DNA of 63,957 nt, filler included, from Squatina squatina (lineage: Eukaryota): assembly GCA_031763465.1 (NCBI GenBank). It is 4 parts of 2 records of this genome, joined end to end, with 100 filler letters (N's around TTAATTAATTAA, not from the genome) between each part and the next. Parts side by side here need not be neighbours in the genome. Positions count along the whole stretch, not along the records: positions 1 to 22,569 come from JARFOE010000046.1; 3 more parts are not named here. One strand, written 5' to 3'. The notes under the pieces were generated by a model. That model saw only the letters and a list, made by a program, of their open reading frames with translations. It searched no databases and was not told the origin of the DNA. Position 1 is the stretch's first letter, and the number at the start of each line of letters is the position of its first letter. The position numbers and the translations under genes were made by a program. Below are positions 11,034 to 22,669 of the stretch, one piece after another.

Positions 11034-13714
11034 GTAAGTACGCTTACCTGTTTTTTTAAGCAGACCTAAAAAGTTGTCCTGTTCTTACCATCACATAACA
11101 ATCTATAGAGGGCAGATAAAAATGTGCTATGACTTACAGAAACTTAATTTGGCTTGTATCAGGGTTGAGCCCATTGGACCTGATTGGATCTTTATTTTGG
11201 GTATAGAAAACCATTTTGATACATTAACATGGTTAATCAGTGATCTNNNNNNNNNNNNNNNNNNNNNNNNNNNNNNNNNNNNNNNNNNNNNNNNNNNNNN
11301 NNNNNNNNNNNNNNNNNNNNNNNNNNNNNNNNNNNNNNNNNNNNNNCTTGTCACTTCTTTTTATCTAATTCAAAAGGCTCCTCTCTCTTGTGATTCCTCT
11401 CTGCCTAGTTTCCTGCTGATCTGTCATCATCAGCACGATTAGTTGTGTTACACAATAATTGTGGTAATGGAGCACAGAGCCCGTATGATCATCATGAGTT
11501 TTAGATAGTACCAGCTCTTGTTATATCACAATATGAGGACATCCATCCTCACTCACAGAAAAGAAAACTGATGTTGTTGGGACGTGCCTCCTATGGACTA
11601 AGTACAGATGGATTAAGGACAGTCATTCTGGAAAAGTCCACTGCATCATCCAAGCCATACCCCTGCTGAAAGCTGCGCAGGTGAGCAGCTCTTTCAATAA
11701 AGCCCCAAAGATATGTTTCTTATTTACACAAAGGACTCCATTTGCACTAAAGCTCCTATTGTGTACAGGCTTGTGTGATTATTTACACATTATTTTCATA
11801 AGTTTGGATTGCAATAAAAGATAAAAAATAAAGTAAAAGAACTATGTTTGGAAATGTTTATGTGTCACCAGCATTCATGGTAACAGCAGAAGCATGTGAA
11901 ACTTCAAGCAGATTTGAATCATCATGTGATTTTGCTTTACCTCATACAATTCACAACATGACCCCTGATGGTTGTGGTCCCTGCGATTTCAGATTATTTT
12001 ACCTCAAGGGCAGATTAGAGAGAAGGAGAATCAGGAATAGTTATAGCACTTTTTGAACTAANNNNNNNNNNNNNNNNNNNNNNNNNNNNNNNNNNNNNNN
12101 NNNNNNNNNNNNNNNNNNNNNNNNNNNNNNNNNNNNNNNNNNNNNNNNNNNNNNNNNNNNNAAGCAGATTCCACCTGCACCGATCGACCTACATATAATA
12201 ATGCAAAGCCAGTGCATTGAAATTGAAATATTGGTTAATGATGTTGCAAGAGCTCATCAGGTGTTGAGGCTGGAATATGAGACACCAGCAATGATGGAAT
12301 GGCTACCGGCTGCTAATACAGAGCTGCTATTTCCCCAGCCCCACTGTAACTGGATAAGGGCATAATGAGCCCTTTCATTATATGGTCTTCGGAGGACTTA
12401 GAAGAGAAGCAACAGACAAAAGGGTTGCCCTATTCGAAGGAGGGCCATTCTGTGGCAAAATAGTTCCTCTTTAGTGTAGGTCTACTTTGAGGGGCCCATT
12501 CCCACTTTCTAGCTGTTCCAGCTGTATTATAGGGAGGACCTCTAATTTGCTTTGAAAACAGGATCATAATGAAACTAATGTACAGGAAGTAAGTTGGCTC
12601 TGAGCACCACAAGTGCATCAAGAGCACAATATAGCAAGCCAGATAAATTGGATGCTAAGCAGGTGTAAGCTTTAGTGCCTTATAAAACTGTGAATCAGTG
12701 CTGAATGAGTATTAGTGCTAAGGATACCAAGAATCACATTATTGGCCCCCGTGTGGATGGTAGGTGAGGACAAATCGAGCTCTGCAGTGATGCCTTCCAT
12801 TTTCTGACAATGCTCACAGTCTAGATTCACACATAAAGAATGGACAAGTTACCAGAGGGCTGTTGGTCCTCATTGTGTCATACACAATCATGAATCAGTG
12901 TCATTAGGAGGAAAGAAAACTGGGAACATAAAAAAATCCTAACTCATCCAGCATCCACGCACGCAAGTACACTTCCAGGAGTGAATCACTGGATAGTGAG
13001 TGGCTGATATTTCTTCTTCCTGGTAAGGCCAATTGTAGTACTGCCAACATCACACAGCTGGGATAAAACTAGAACAGGGTTTGAACCTGGGACACTCCTG
13101 GTCTGTATGTTGCAGTTCTGCACCAGTCAGATATAATTTATTTCTGAAAGTTTTCCTATGCTTCATGGGGTGCGGCACAACCGAACCTGATTGGGAACTT
13201 GGTGTCCTGGGAGTACTGCAAGTGGAAACTAATGATCCCACCAGTCTGTTCAAATGTTAGCTGCTGGTTAGAAATGAGCACGGTCGAAGCAAAGGGATGA
13301 CTGCCTTGCTCCCATTTGCTAAACAATCCAAGATATCAGAAGTTACAGAAAAAAGCAGAGAAAATAGAAAATAACACCAAGAAAATCTAACCCAATCAGA
13401 AAACTACGTAATTCTATGCTTTTTAAAAAAGGGTTCTGAATATTAACACTCACACTTTAAATCCTAGCATGTAACTTTTGAAACGCAACTCAGATCTCGT
13501 TTTCTTTAATTAGGGTTGACTGTAAACTTGAATAGAATCAGATTGTTGAAATGCGAGTTATAAGCAGGGCACTGTGTCAAACCTCTCAAAATCAGAACAT
13601 TCTCACAATAGCATTCCCTTCATTCTGTTCTTTCTAGCTTTTATACCAGCTGTCACAGTTAAATAGGATCAATTCTGCAGCTGTTGCAATTTAATTTGAA
13701 ACACACATAATCCA

Positions 13715-14049
13715 TCTGTCTAACCCCACAATCTGTCTGCCCGTAACTCAGTGAACCCACAACTTGTTCACATGCAACCTAGTGAACCCCATAAACCTGT
13801 CCCACATGTAACCCAACGAAGCCCACATCCTGTCCAGTACACATTCTGCTAAGTGAACCCATAACCTGTTCACATGCAACCCAATGAACCCTACAAGCTG
13901 TACCACAGGTAACCAAGTGAACCCTACAACCTGTCGAACATACAAATGTTGAACCCCACAACCTGTCCCAAATGTAAGTGAGTGAACCCCACAATCTCTC
14001 GTATATGTAACCTAGTAAACTCCACAACTTGCCAAATACAAAACGTAAG
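13715..14049. repeat. About 33-35-bp degenerate minisatellite running into a gap
   Basis: Repeated gtaacctagtgaaccccacaacctgtcccacat-like units, about 9-10 copies. Confidence 0.85.
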
Positions 14050-15739
14050 NNNNNNNNNNNNNNNNNNNNNNNNNNNNNNNNNNNNNNNNNNNNNNNNNNN
14101 NNNNNNNNNNNNNNNNNNNNNNNNNNNNNNNNNNNNNNNNNNNNNNNNNNNNNNNNNNNNNNNNNNNNNNNNNNNNNNNNNNNNNNNNNNNNNNNNNNNN
14201 NNNNNNNNNNNNNNNNNNNNNNNNNNNNNNNNNNNNNNNNNNNNNNNNNNNNNNNNNNNNNNNNNNNNNNNNNNNNNNNNNNNNNNNNNNNNNNNNNNNN
14301 NNNNNNNNNNNNNNNNNNNNNNNNNNNNNNNNNNNNNNNNNNNNNNNNNNNNNNNNNNNNNNNNNNNNNNNNNNNNNNNNNNNNNNNNNNNNNNNNNNNN
14401 NNNNNNNNNNNNNNNNNNNNNNNNNNNNNNNNNNNNNNNNNNNNNNNNNNNNNNNNNNNNNNNNNNNNNNNNNNNNNNNNNNNNNNNNNNNNNNNNNNNN
14501 NNNNNNNNNNNNNNNNNNNNNNNNNNNNNNNNNNNNNNNNNNNNNNNNNNNNNNNNNNNNNNNNNNNNNNNNNNNNNNNNNNNNNNNNNNNNNNNNNNNN
14601 NNNNNNNNNNNNNNNNNNNNNNNNNNNNNNNNNNNNNNNNNNNNNNNNNNNNNNNNNNNNNNNNNNNNNNNNNNNNNNNNNNNNNNNNNNNNNNNNNNNN
14701 NNNNNNNNNNNNNNNNNNNNNNNNNGTGTACAGTTGGATTAGGTTATTGTTAGTGTCAGCCTTGCCTGTGGCATTCAGTGACACCGAGAGATTTATTAAA
14801 AAAAGGGAGGCGGACTGGACAGACCAGCCACAGACAAGAGATTTCATGACCTGCTTGATTTTCCCAGGGTAGCCGACACAATGAAGCTGTACATCTTTCC
14901 CAGTATTCTCCTGCGTGAGGAAAACTTCCATGCTGCAACTGTGGGGGAGGGGTGGAGATGTACAACTCTATTATTCAACAAAGACATTTTCACTTGACAT
15001 CTCAGTCTGCATGCGCGTTTTAGTGACGAGTTTTATAATGCTTGTGTGATCACCGTGCAGGAGAAATGAAAGATTGGCCCAGCACATGAAAAATTATACT
15101 TTATGCAGAGTAATTCGTATAATATATATGTTGTTGCTGATAAGGTGTGTCTTCACAATTACACGTTGCCAACTGGAGACATAAAATTAATTACAGGGGA
15201 AATTGTCTGATGGTGTGTGTCAATAGCACATGTGCACACGTGGCTTGGTGGGGGATACCAGAAAGACTCATGAGGAAGCTTTGTGTTCACCCACCCCCCC
15301 AGCACCCACCCANNNNNNNNNNNNNNNNNNNNNNNNNNNNNNNNNNNNNNNNNNNNNNNNNNNNNNNNNNNNNNNNNNNNNNNNNNNNNNNNNNNNNNNN
15401 NNNNNNNNNNNNTGTTGAAAAGGCCCATAAGGTGTTTTTATACTAGGTTTAGCTGCAGTACCTACCACCTGTAACTTACTCGTAATGTGGAGTTAGTGAG
15501 TTGTTGAATCCTCCGTAGCCATGCAGGAATACTGGGTGGGAACCGTCTCGTTTGATCCCTTTCTTGTGGACGATAAACATCGGGATCTTAGTCCCATCTT
15601 TACTGGGGTAAAAAACCTTTGAGACAAAATATGTAAATTCAGCGATGCAGCAGGCAAATAAAACAAGCCAATCAGTGAAGACCTAAATAGGTCCAGTGCT
15701 GTGTGTAGCTCATTGCCAGTAACTTTGACTCTCCCAGTC

Positions 15740-16215
15740 TTGCCCTCTTCTCCTGAAGGTTCTAACTCCTTGGCGGGCTATAATTCAACAGGAGGCAGAG
15801 TCTCTCCCCAACCTTGACCATCCTTCAGGTGCAAACCCACTTGAATGGAAAGTAACATGGGGAGAGGTGTATGATGGTTGGCCTATCCAATAACGCTCAA
15901 TTTACACTCTGGCCAAAATCACCCCCAATGGGTGATGACACGCCATTCAACAAATAGGGGAAATCACTGCTGAGCTTAATCCTTCACTCAGTTCATTCTT
16001 CCTCACGGAGAGGAGGTCAATGGATAGTGAACAGGAACAAGAACCCTGGCCAATTCCTCCCCTTCCTGACCTGGGACACCGAGACCAATTGTGGAGCCCC
16101 ATTGCTGCCATGGCTGAAAACTGCTCACCTAACAAAGATCATGCATAAAACTTGAAGCATTCTGGTCTGTTCAGCTCAGTCGAATATGAATTGAATAATT
16201 AAGCCACTTGAGGGA
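15740..16215 (-). mobile_element. Old tRNA-headed SINE family copy (related pieces at about 12760-13130, 22090-22400, 47815-47900, 58100-58200, 59890-60085, 61140-61280)
   Basis: Shared motifs across copies (cctgaaggt..aactc, gtcactggatagtga, gaacctggga..ttcctggtctgt). On the reverse strand the head has A/B-box-like ggctcagtg / ccaggttcaaacc. Confidence 0.5.
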
Positions 16216-17574
16216 TGAGCTGGAAGAGTTTCTCTAAATTCGAGCCAATTTTCAGTTGCTTAGGTGCAGGTGAATGCCCTGGCTATCTGGATTTAACATC
16301 AGTGTCCAGCGAGAGAATTCTAGAGCTCTGGGTCTGCCCAGTGGCTTTCATTTGTTTTTCGATATATTCAAAGTATACTGAGTTCAGTAACAGCTTTATC
16401 CTGATTGCTGTCAAGCTGCTTCAGTGTTGTTACAGCTGCACCCATCCATGCAAGTGGTGAGCCTTGTAGCTGGTGGAGAGGCTTTGAGAAGTTAGGGTGG
16501 GCCACTCATCTTAGAGTACCCAAACACTGCCTTGCTCTTATTGTCAAGGTGTCAATATGGCTGGTCCAGATGGTTGGGACTTTTGTTGTTGGAGATGATC
16601 ATTGCCTGACACTTATGTGGCATGCAAGCTCCTGGATATAGGAATACTCCTTGCTCTACCAGATAGAACACTCCTGGAAATTGCATTGTATGATAATACT
16701 GTACAAACTCTTAATATGGTCAACAACAACAACTTGTATTTATATATCCTTTATATCCTTTGACATGTAATTTCCAGGCCTATATAGAAATTCTCCCTGC
16801 TTTTGCCATTCCCATTATATTCCTGGCTTTATCAGATTTAACACTCCCATATATAATAATATTCCCTGCTTTACCAATCCTCCTTTACATGTAATGTAAA
16901 AAACTTCAATATATTACAGATATGTATATTAAATACATTTGATATTCATATGTTCATTGTCAAATTTCGTATCAGAGATTTTAGTTTAATACACGACATC
17001 GGTGCACACATAAAAATCCATTGATAAGTCTCCATCATGACCATGGTTTGCCAGTCAATTTAGTGACTAATTTCTGTTAGTTGTTGACAGAAGAAATGTT
17101 TTGCATTTTGGTTTGCAAGTTCCTCAATCCTGTTTTTTTTGTCTAAAGTAATTGCCAGAATAAAAATAACACAGGAACAAACTTGTTGTCCCAGTACTGG
17201 TATCGGACTCACTGACCTGCTGCAGTGTGAATGAAGATTAAAGATTACTTCGTGTGCTGCTGGTCACATGGAAAGGTCACACTGGAGGTCATATGGGGAG
17301 GTCACTCAGAATGGTGCTGGTATAATCTGGCCTGGAAGCACAATGGAATGTGTAATCCTGCCAGAAACTGTAGGAATGTGTAACTAAGGAGTTTAATTAA
17401 AAGGAAAGTTTTGATTTATAACAAGGCCCCAATTCAGAAAGACTGAAAAGAGTCATCTCAAAATTCTCTCAAATGGGCATCAAATAGCTGCTACTATTCA
17501 CATAAATGTCTTTATTTTTGTAAGAATGAGATTCTCTCCTTTTAACATAATTCCCTTATTCCCCTTTTTGGTCT

Positions 17575-18170
17575 CTCCATGTCATTTAACATTGAAAGGA
17601 GAAGCAAGTGTCTATAGTGCCACTCCTCTAACCCTACAACCCTCCTCCAACTCTGCATTTCTCCAACTCTGGTCTCCTGGGCATCCCCCACTTCCTTCGC
17701 CCCACCATTGGCGGTTTTCACTTCAGCTGTCTCGGCCCTAAGCTCTGGAATTCCGTTCCCTCCGCTTCTAGGAACGTAGGAAGAGGAGTAGGTCATTAGC
17801 CCCTCGAGCCTGTTCCACCATTCAATAAGATCATGGCTAATCTGTGATCTAACTCCATATACCCGCCTTTGACGCATATCCCTTAATACCTTTGGTTAAC
17901 AAAAATCTATCAATCTCAGATTTTAAATTAACAATTGATCTAGATCAATTGCTGTTTGGGGCAGAGAATTCCAAACTTCTACCACCCTTTGTGTTGAAGT
18001 GTTTCCTAATTTCACTCCTGAAAGGTCTGGCTCTAATTTTTAGAGAATGCCCCTAGTCCTGGACTCCCCAACCAGCGGAAATAGTTTCTCTCTATCTACC
18101 CTACCTGTTCCCTTTAATATCTTGATAACTTGGAACAAATTCTCCACCTCTCTGCTCCTTTAAAGAAATA
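17575..18170. mobile_element. L2 3' fragment (+) interrupted by a CR1 3' end (-, about 17768-18135)
   Basis: L2 text (ttcagctgtctcggccctaagctctggaattcc) breaks at about 17767. The CR1 tail follows (aggagtaggtcattagcccctcgagcctgttccaccattcaataagatcatggct), then L2-like text resumes at tctccacctctc..ctttaaag. Confidence 0.75.
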
Positions 18171-20094
18171 GGAAAGAAAGAGCTTGTATTCATATAGCTT
18201 CTTTCACGACCTCAGGACATACCAAATGCATTACNNNNNNNNNNNNNNNNNNNNNNNNNNNNNNNNNNNNNNNNNNNNNNNNNNNNNNNNNNNNNNNNNN
18301 NNNNNNNNNNNNNNNNNNNNNNNNNNNNNNNNNNACCCTAACATACACCTGCACACTCCAGCATGTTAGCTCAGTTGTCTAAATATTTAACTGAAATATT
18401 TCCCTGTGTACAATGAACATAAACGTGTTGTGTTTTTTCAGTCTCAGTGAAAGGTATGTTGTTAAACTCTTCCTCTTACTGCCTGAGGAATCCCTGATAA
18501 AATCAGTCGGTAATGTCCTTCTTAACTGTCTGTCAGAGAGATTTATTGGAAAATAACTGAGATACAAATNNNNNNNNNNATGAGTTGACATTGTCTGCTG
18601 ACATGTGTTAAAAGATGAGGCCGGTTGCTCCACGCCCATGTGGGTGGGTCACCGCTGTCCCCGACAATACTGACATGGAGAGTAATGGTTTCATTGTGAT
18701 AAAAATGGAAAGGCAAACCACCTGGAATTCTGTAAGATTACTCGCTCAGCACTGCAACCACAGCTTCCCACAATCCTGTGGAGAATAATGGATGACAGCG
18801 GTGCAACTGTCCTGATTCACCTTTGGCCACCTGCTGTGGACTCTGAAGGTTCAATTACAAGCTTCCATACAGAGAGTGGAGTCTCGTTGCGGGCCAGGAT
18901 GTCATAAAATGGGGTCAGAGGCCAGGGAATCGCGGCACTGAAGCACTTCCTAGCTGTGAAGGAGGTTGCACTACCAGCACGGTGATGCCTCATTAGAGGC
19001 TTCAAAGTTCTCCTAATGGTGGGGTAACAAGAATTTATGGAGCAAATTTTCATCTTCACTGTCTGGGACGTAACTTGGCAGAGCAGATTCCTTGCTTGTT
19101 ATAGAACCTGCCTGATTTTTATCCTCATCCTCAGTTTCGAGCACATTTACATTTTTCATGGTGTTCAACTCTTCTCTAACTGCCTGCTTACTGTTGTACT
19201 GCTGAAAGAATGTTTTAATGTTATGCCTACCTTCAGCTGCTATGTCTTTTCTTGGTCTCTCTTTGGATCTCTAATCACCCTTTTAACAAGTTTTTGCATT
19301 TTCTTATATTTTTCCTGCTCATCTGCTGCTGAAACCCTNNNNNNNNNNNNNNNNNNNNNNNNNNNNNNNNNNNNNNNNNNNNNNNNNNNNNNNNNNNNNN
19401 NNNNNNNNNNNNNNNNNNNNNNNNNNNNNNNNNNNNNNCAGGCTTTTATAATATTAACAGAAGGCTATCAATGCAATTAAGTCAGTGCTGATCCCACTTT
19501 CAGCACTTTGAAATGCCAGCTGTCTGTCTGGACTGAATTAGGTGCAGCCTTAATAGTTTGAGGAAGTCTATCACAAACAACATGCTGGTACCAAAAGGAG
19601 AAGATGTGCAACGGATTATGATTTCTATGCGGAACTGAAGAATTGTCATAACACAGGATTGTTATGAGGAGATGTTTGGGTTTCCTAGCAGATTCACTAT
19701 GATGACTGTCAACAGGAAGTCTTGTTATTTTTAGTCTTCCATTCTCCTGTCATAGATAACTAATCGGGTTTTACAGTATGCTTCACACTTGGTTCATTTC
19801 ACTTTCACAAAACACGGAGAACTGTACCATAGTGAGAACTCTTACGCTACATCAGTTACTGGGCCTGGCATGTGACTGATTTCCCTGAATACTGAAACAA
19901 AATTTAATACAAGCTTCTTTTTTTTCCTAATGGGATAATAAATGTCATGAATGCTAAACAGAATATAAGTCTACTGGAATACAAACAAACACACNNNNNN
20001 NNNNNNNNNNNNNNNNNNNNNNNNNNNNNNNNNNNNNNNNNNNNNNNNNNNNNNNNNNNNNNNNNNNNNNNNNNNNNNNNNNNNNNNNNNNNNN

Positions 20095-20790
20095 TACTTG
20101 ACCTGAAGCCATGACGAGTCAATGTTGAGGACTCCCAGGGCCACTCCCTCTTGACTGTATACCACTGTACCGCCACATCTGGTGGGTCTGTCCTGGCAAT
20201 GGGACAGAACATACCCAGGAATAGTGATGGAGGAGTCTGGGACATTGGCTGAAGGGTATGATTCTCTGAGTATGACTTTGTCAGGCTGTTGCTTAACTAG
20301 TCTGTGTGACTGCTCTCCCAATTTTGACACAATTCCCCAGATGTCAGTGAGGAGGACTTTGCAGGGTTGACTGGGTTGGATGTGCCACTGTCGTGTGCGA
20401 AATCGGTGCTGAGTGGTCCGTCCAGTTTTATTCTTATTATTGTTTTCTGTAGCAGTTTGTTACAACTGAGTGGCTCAATAGGCCAATTTAGAGGGCAGTT
20501 AAGAGTCAACCACATTGCTGTGGGTCTGGAGTCACATATAGGCCAGATCAGATATGGAGAGCAGATTTCCTTCCCCAAATGACATTAGTGAACAAAATGG
20601 ATTTTTAAGCCAATCTTATAGTTTCATGATTGCCATTACCGATGCTAGCTTTTTATTCCAGGTTTATTTAATTAACTGAATTTAAATTCCCCAGCTACCG
20701 TGGTGGGATTTGAACTCACATCTCTGGATCATTAGTCCAGGCCTCTGGATTACTAGTCCAGTAAAATAATTGCTATGCTACCGATCCTGA
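20095..20790 (-). mobile_element. 5' portion of a CR1-group LINE: tRNA-like head followed by AP-endonuclease ORF
   Basis: Head with B-box GAGTTCAAATCCC. About 430 nt downstream reads PCKVLLTDIWGIVSKLGEQSHRLVKQQPDKVILRESY..ITIPGYVLSHCQDRPTRCGGTVVYSQEGV (APE N-terminal motifs). Confidence 0.85.
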
Positions 20791-22569
20791 TAACTTTTGG
20801 GCGACTTGTAGCTCAATAAGTTGGTTTAACTTGTTACTCGTGAATCAGGCTCATACTTGAAGTAGGCATTGACAGCACCACTCTCTTTCCACAGTCCCTG
20901 CTGTGAGTGGTTAATAAATGGAACATTTTACTTCGTTAAATGCACAAGTTGTTGTATTGTTATTATATATCTCTGAATTAGACTGGCTTGACAAGCCAGA
21001 TGGTCTTTTCCCAGCCTTCTTTTTGGATATTCATATGTACATGCAATGTGTAAGAAGTAAATGTGCTGTTTCCTGTCCTCCCAATTTACAGTCACCTCAT
21101 TTTTCCTGTTTTCCTACACAGAGGCTTCAAAGTTTTATCATCCACATCTCTGGAAATACTGATTCCCGACATACCTGTCAACTCTCACTCATTTGAAATG
21201 AGACTCACCTATTTTGATATACCTTGTTTTAAATATAAGCACAGCTTAATTTATTTAAATGGGTTTGTCTTTCTCTTTGTGATGATAAAACTCACTCCTA
21301 AATTTACCTCCATGTTGCTGATTTTAGCCAAGAAGTTTAACTGATAACAACTTAAAGAGCTGACTTTCACTGAGCTGCTGAAAAGGGACCAGTTGCACTT
21401 CACCTTGTCAGAAGCCCAATCAAATTGTACACCATTAAGATGTACACTTTGTTAATGCAGACTCTGAATTGAATAGATCTAGATTGCACTTCCAAAACCT
21501 CATACAGGAAAGCTCTGTAATATTTTGGTGTTTAGATTAGCTGTCTTCCTCTTGTTTGTGTTTAATGATTACACAGCTCTTTAGCTAATCATTAATTAGA
21601 TTCATTGATTGGATGAGAGACTCAGCTAACAGTTACTACCTGCTGAGAGCTTTTGGAGAACCTTGCAATACAGATGCAGATGTTTTGGTAAGTGAAATTA
21701 ATGGTTTTTATTTTCACCTCTCGCACCGGGCGCACAGTTTAATGGCAGTTAGAAGAGAACTTTTAACGGCAGGATTCTTGCATTCACCAGAATAAAGTAA
21801 GTCTATCTCTGATACTCAAACTAAAATACAGTCACTACTGTGTAATGAGCTATAATGCAACAGTGCAAACCTACCGTATTACATAAATATAACATAGGTA
21901 TTAGTGACATACAGTTACTGGGATCTGTACTCTTAGTAATTTTCCCATCCAGAGCTGCAATATACTCTGGTTGCTACAGTGATGCTAACAATGTACAAAC
22001 CTCATTCTCATTAACAGAATACTATTTCCCTGTGTTGTAACAGGAATCAACACTGTCAATATTCTGTAAGGAACTGTTGATAGTTTGTGTTCCCCTCCAT
22101 CCTGAAGGCTTTAACTCATGTTGCTGTATGGTGGAATTGGTGTCAGCAGCCATCTGGACATTCTGCAGCTGTGAGCCTAAGCAATGAATGTTGGCAGATT
22201 AATTGACTGGGTATAAAACCCAAGCCTGATCCTGTTCTCACATATTCACTTTCCAAAAAAAGTCATAGGATGGCGATGAGAAGTGGGAACTGGTTTACCC
22301 CTCCTTAGCCATCCTAGCTGAGTTCGGCTAGTTCAGATTATGGTTAAACTTTGATCTTATAGTCTGTTTGACCGAATTCCACACTGTCTTTGCCAGGAGT
22401 GGTTTTACGCTTTAAGAAGGGTTGTCAATGGCAGATGTTACTCTCATCAACTCTTTAACATAAATGGCCCAATCTCCAGCGATTCTTTGCTAATGGAGAC
22501 TCACACTTTTGTTTCCACTTGAACACACAAACAAGGCTGGCACTCCAGTGCAGTACTGCCAATGTTGCA

Positions 22570-22669
22570 NNNNNNNNNNNNNNNNNNNNNNNNNNNNNNN
22601 NNNNNNNNNNNNNTTAATTAATTAANNNNNNNNNNNNNNNNNNNNNNNNNNNNNNNNNNNNNNNNNNNN
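22570..22669. other. Artificial scaffold linker N44-TTAATTAATTAA-N44
   Basis: 12-mer with stops in all six frames, centred in 100 nt; identical at three places. Confidence 0.97.

Noticed and set aside
11550-11680. Open frame ending at cag|gtgagc downstream of the ZNF346 exon
   Set aside because: Peptide not recognised and acceptor weak; insufficient support.
13924-14931. Long ORFs in the track (also 23367-24289, 58868-59881 and many others)
   Set aside because: They are open only because they run through N gaps.
22614-22625. TTAATTAATTAA motif recurring three times as a biological site
   Set aside because: Always centred in exactly 44+44 Ns; a synthetic six-frame stop linker.
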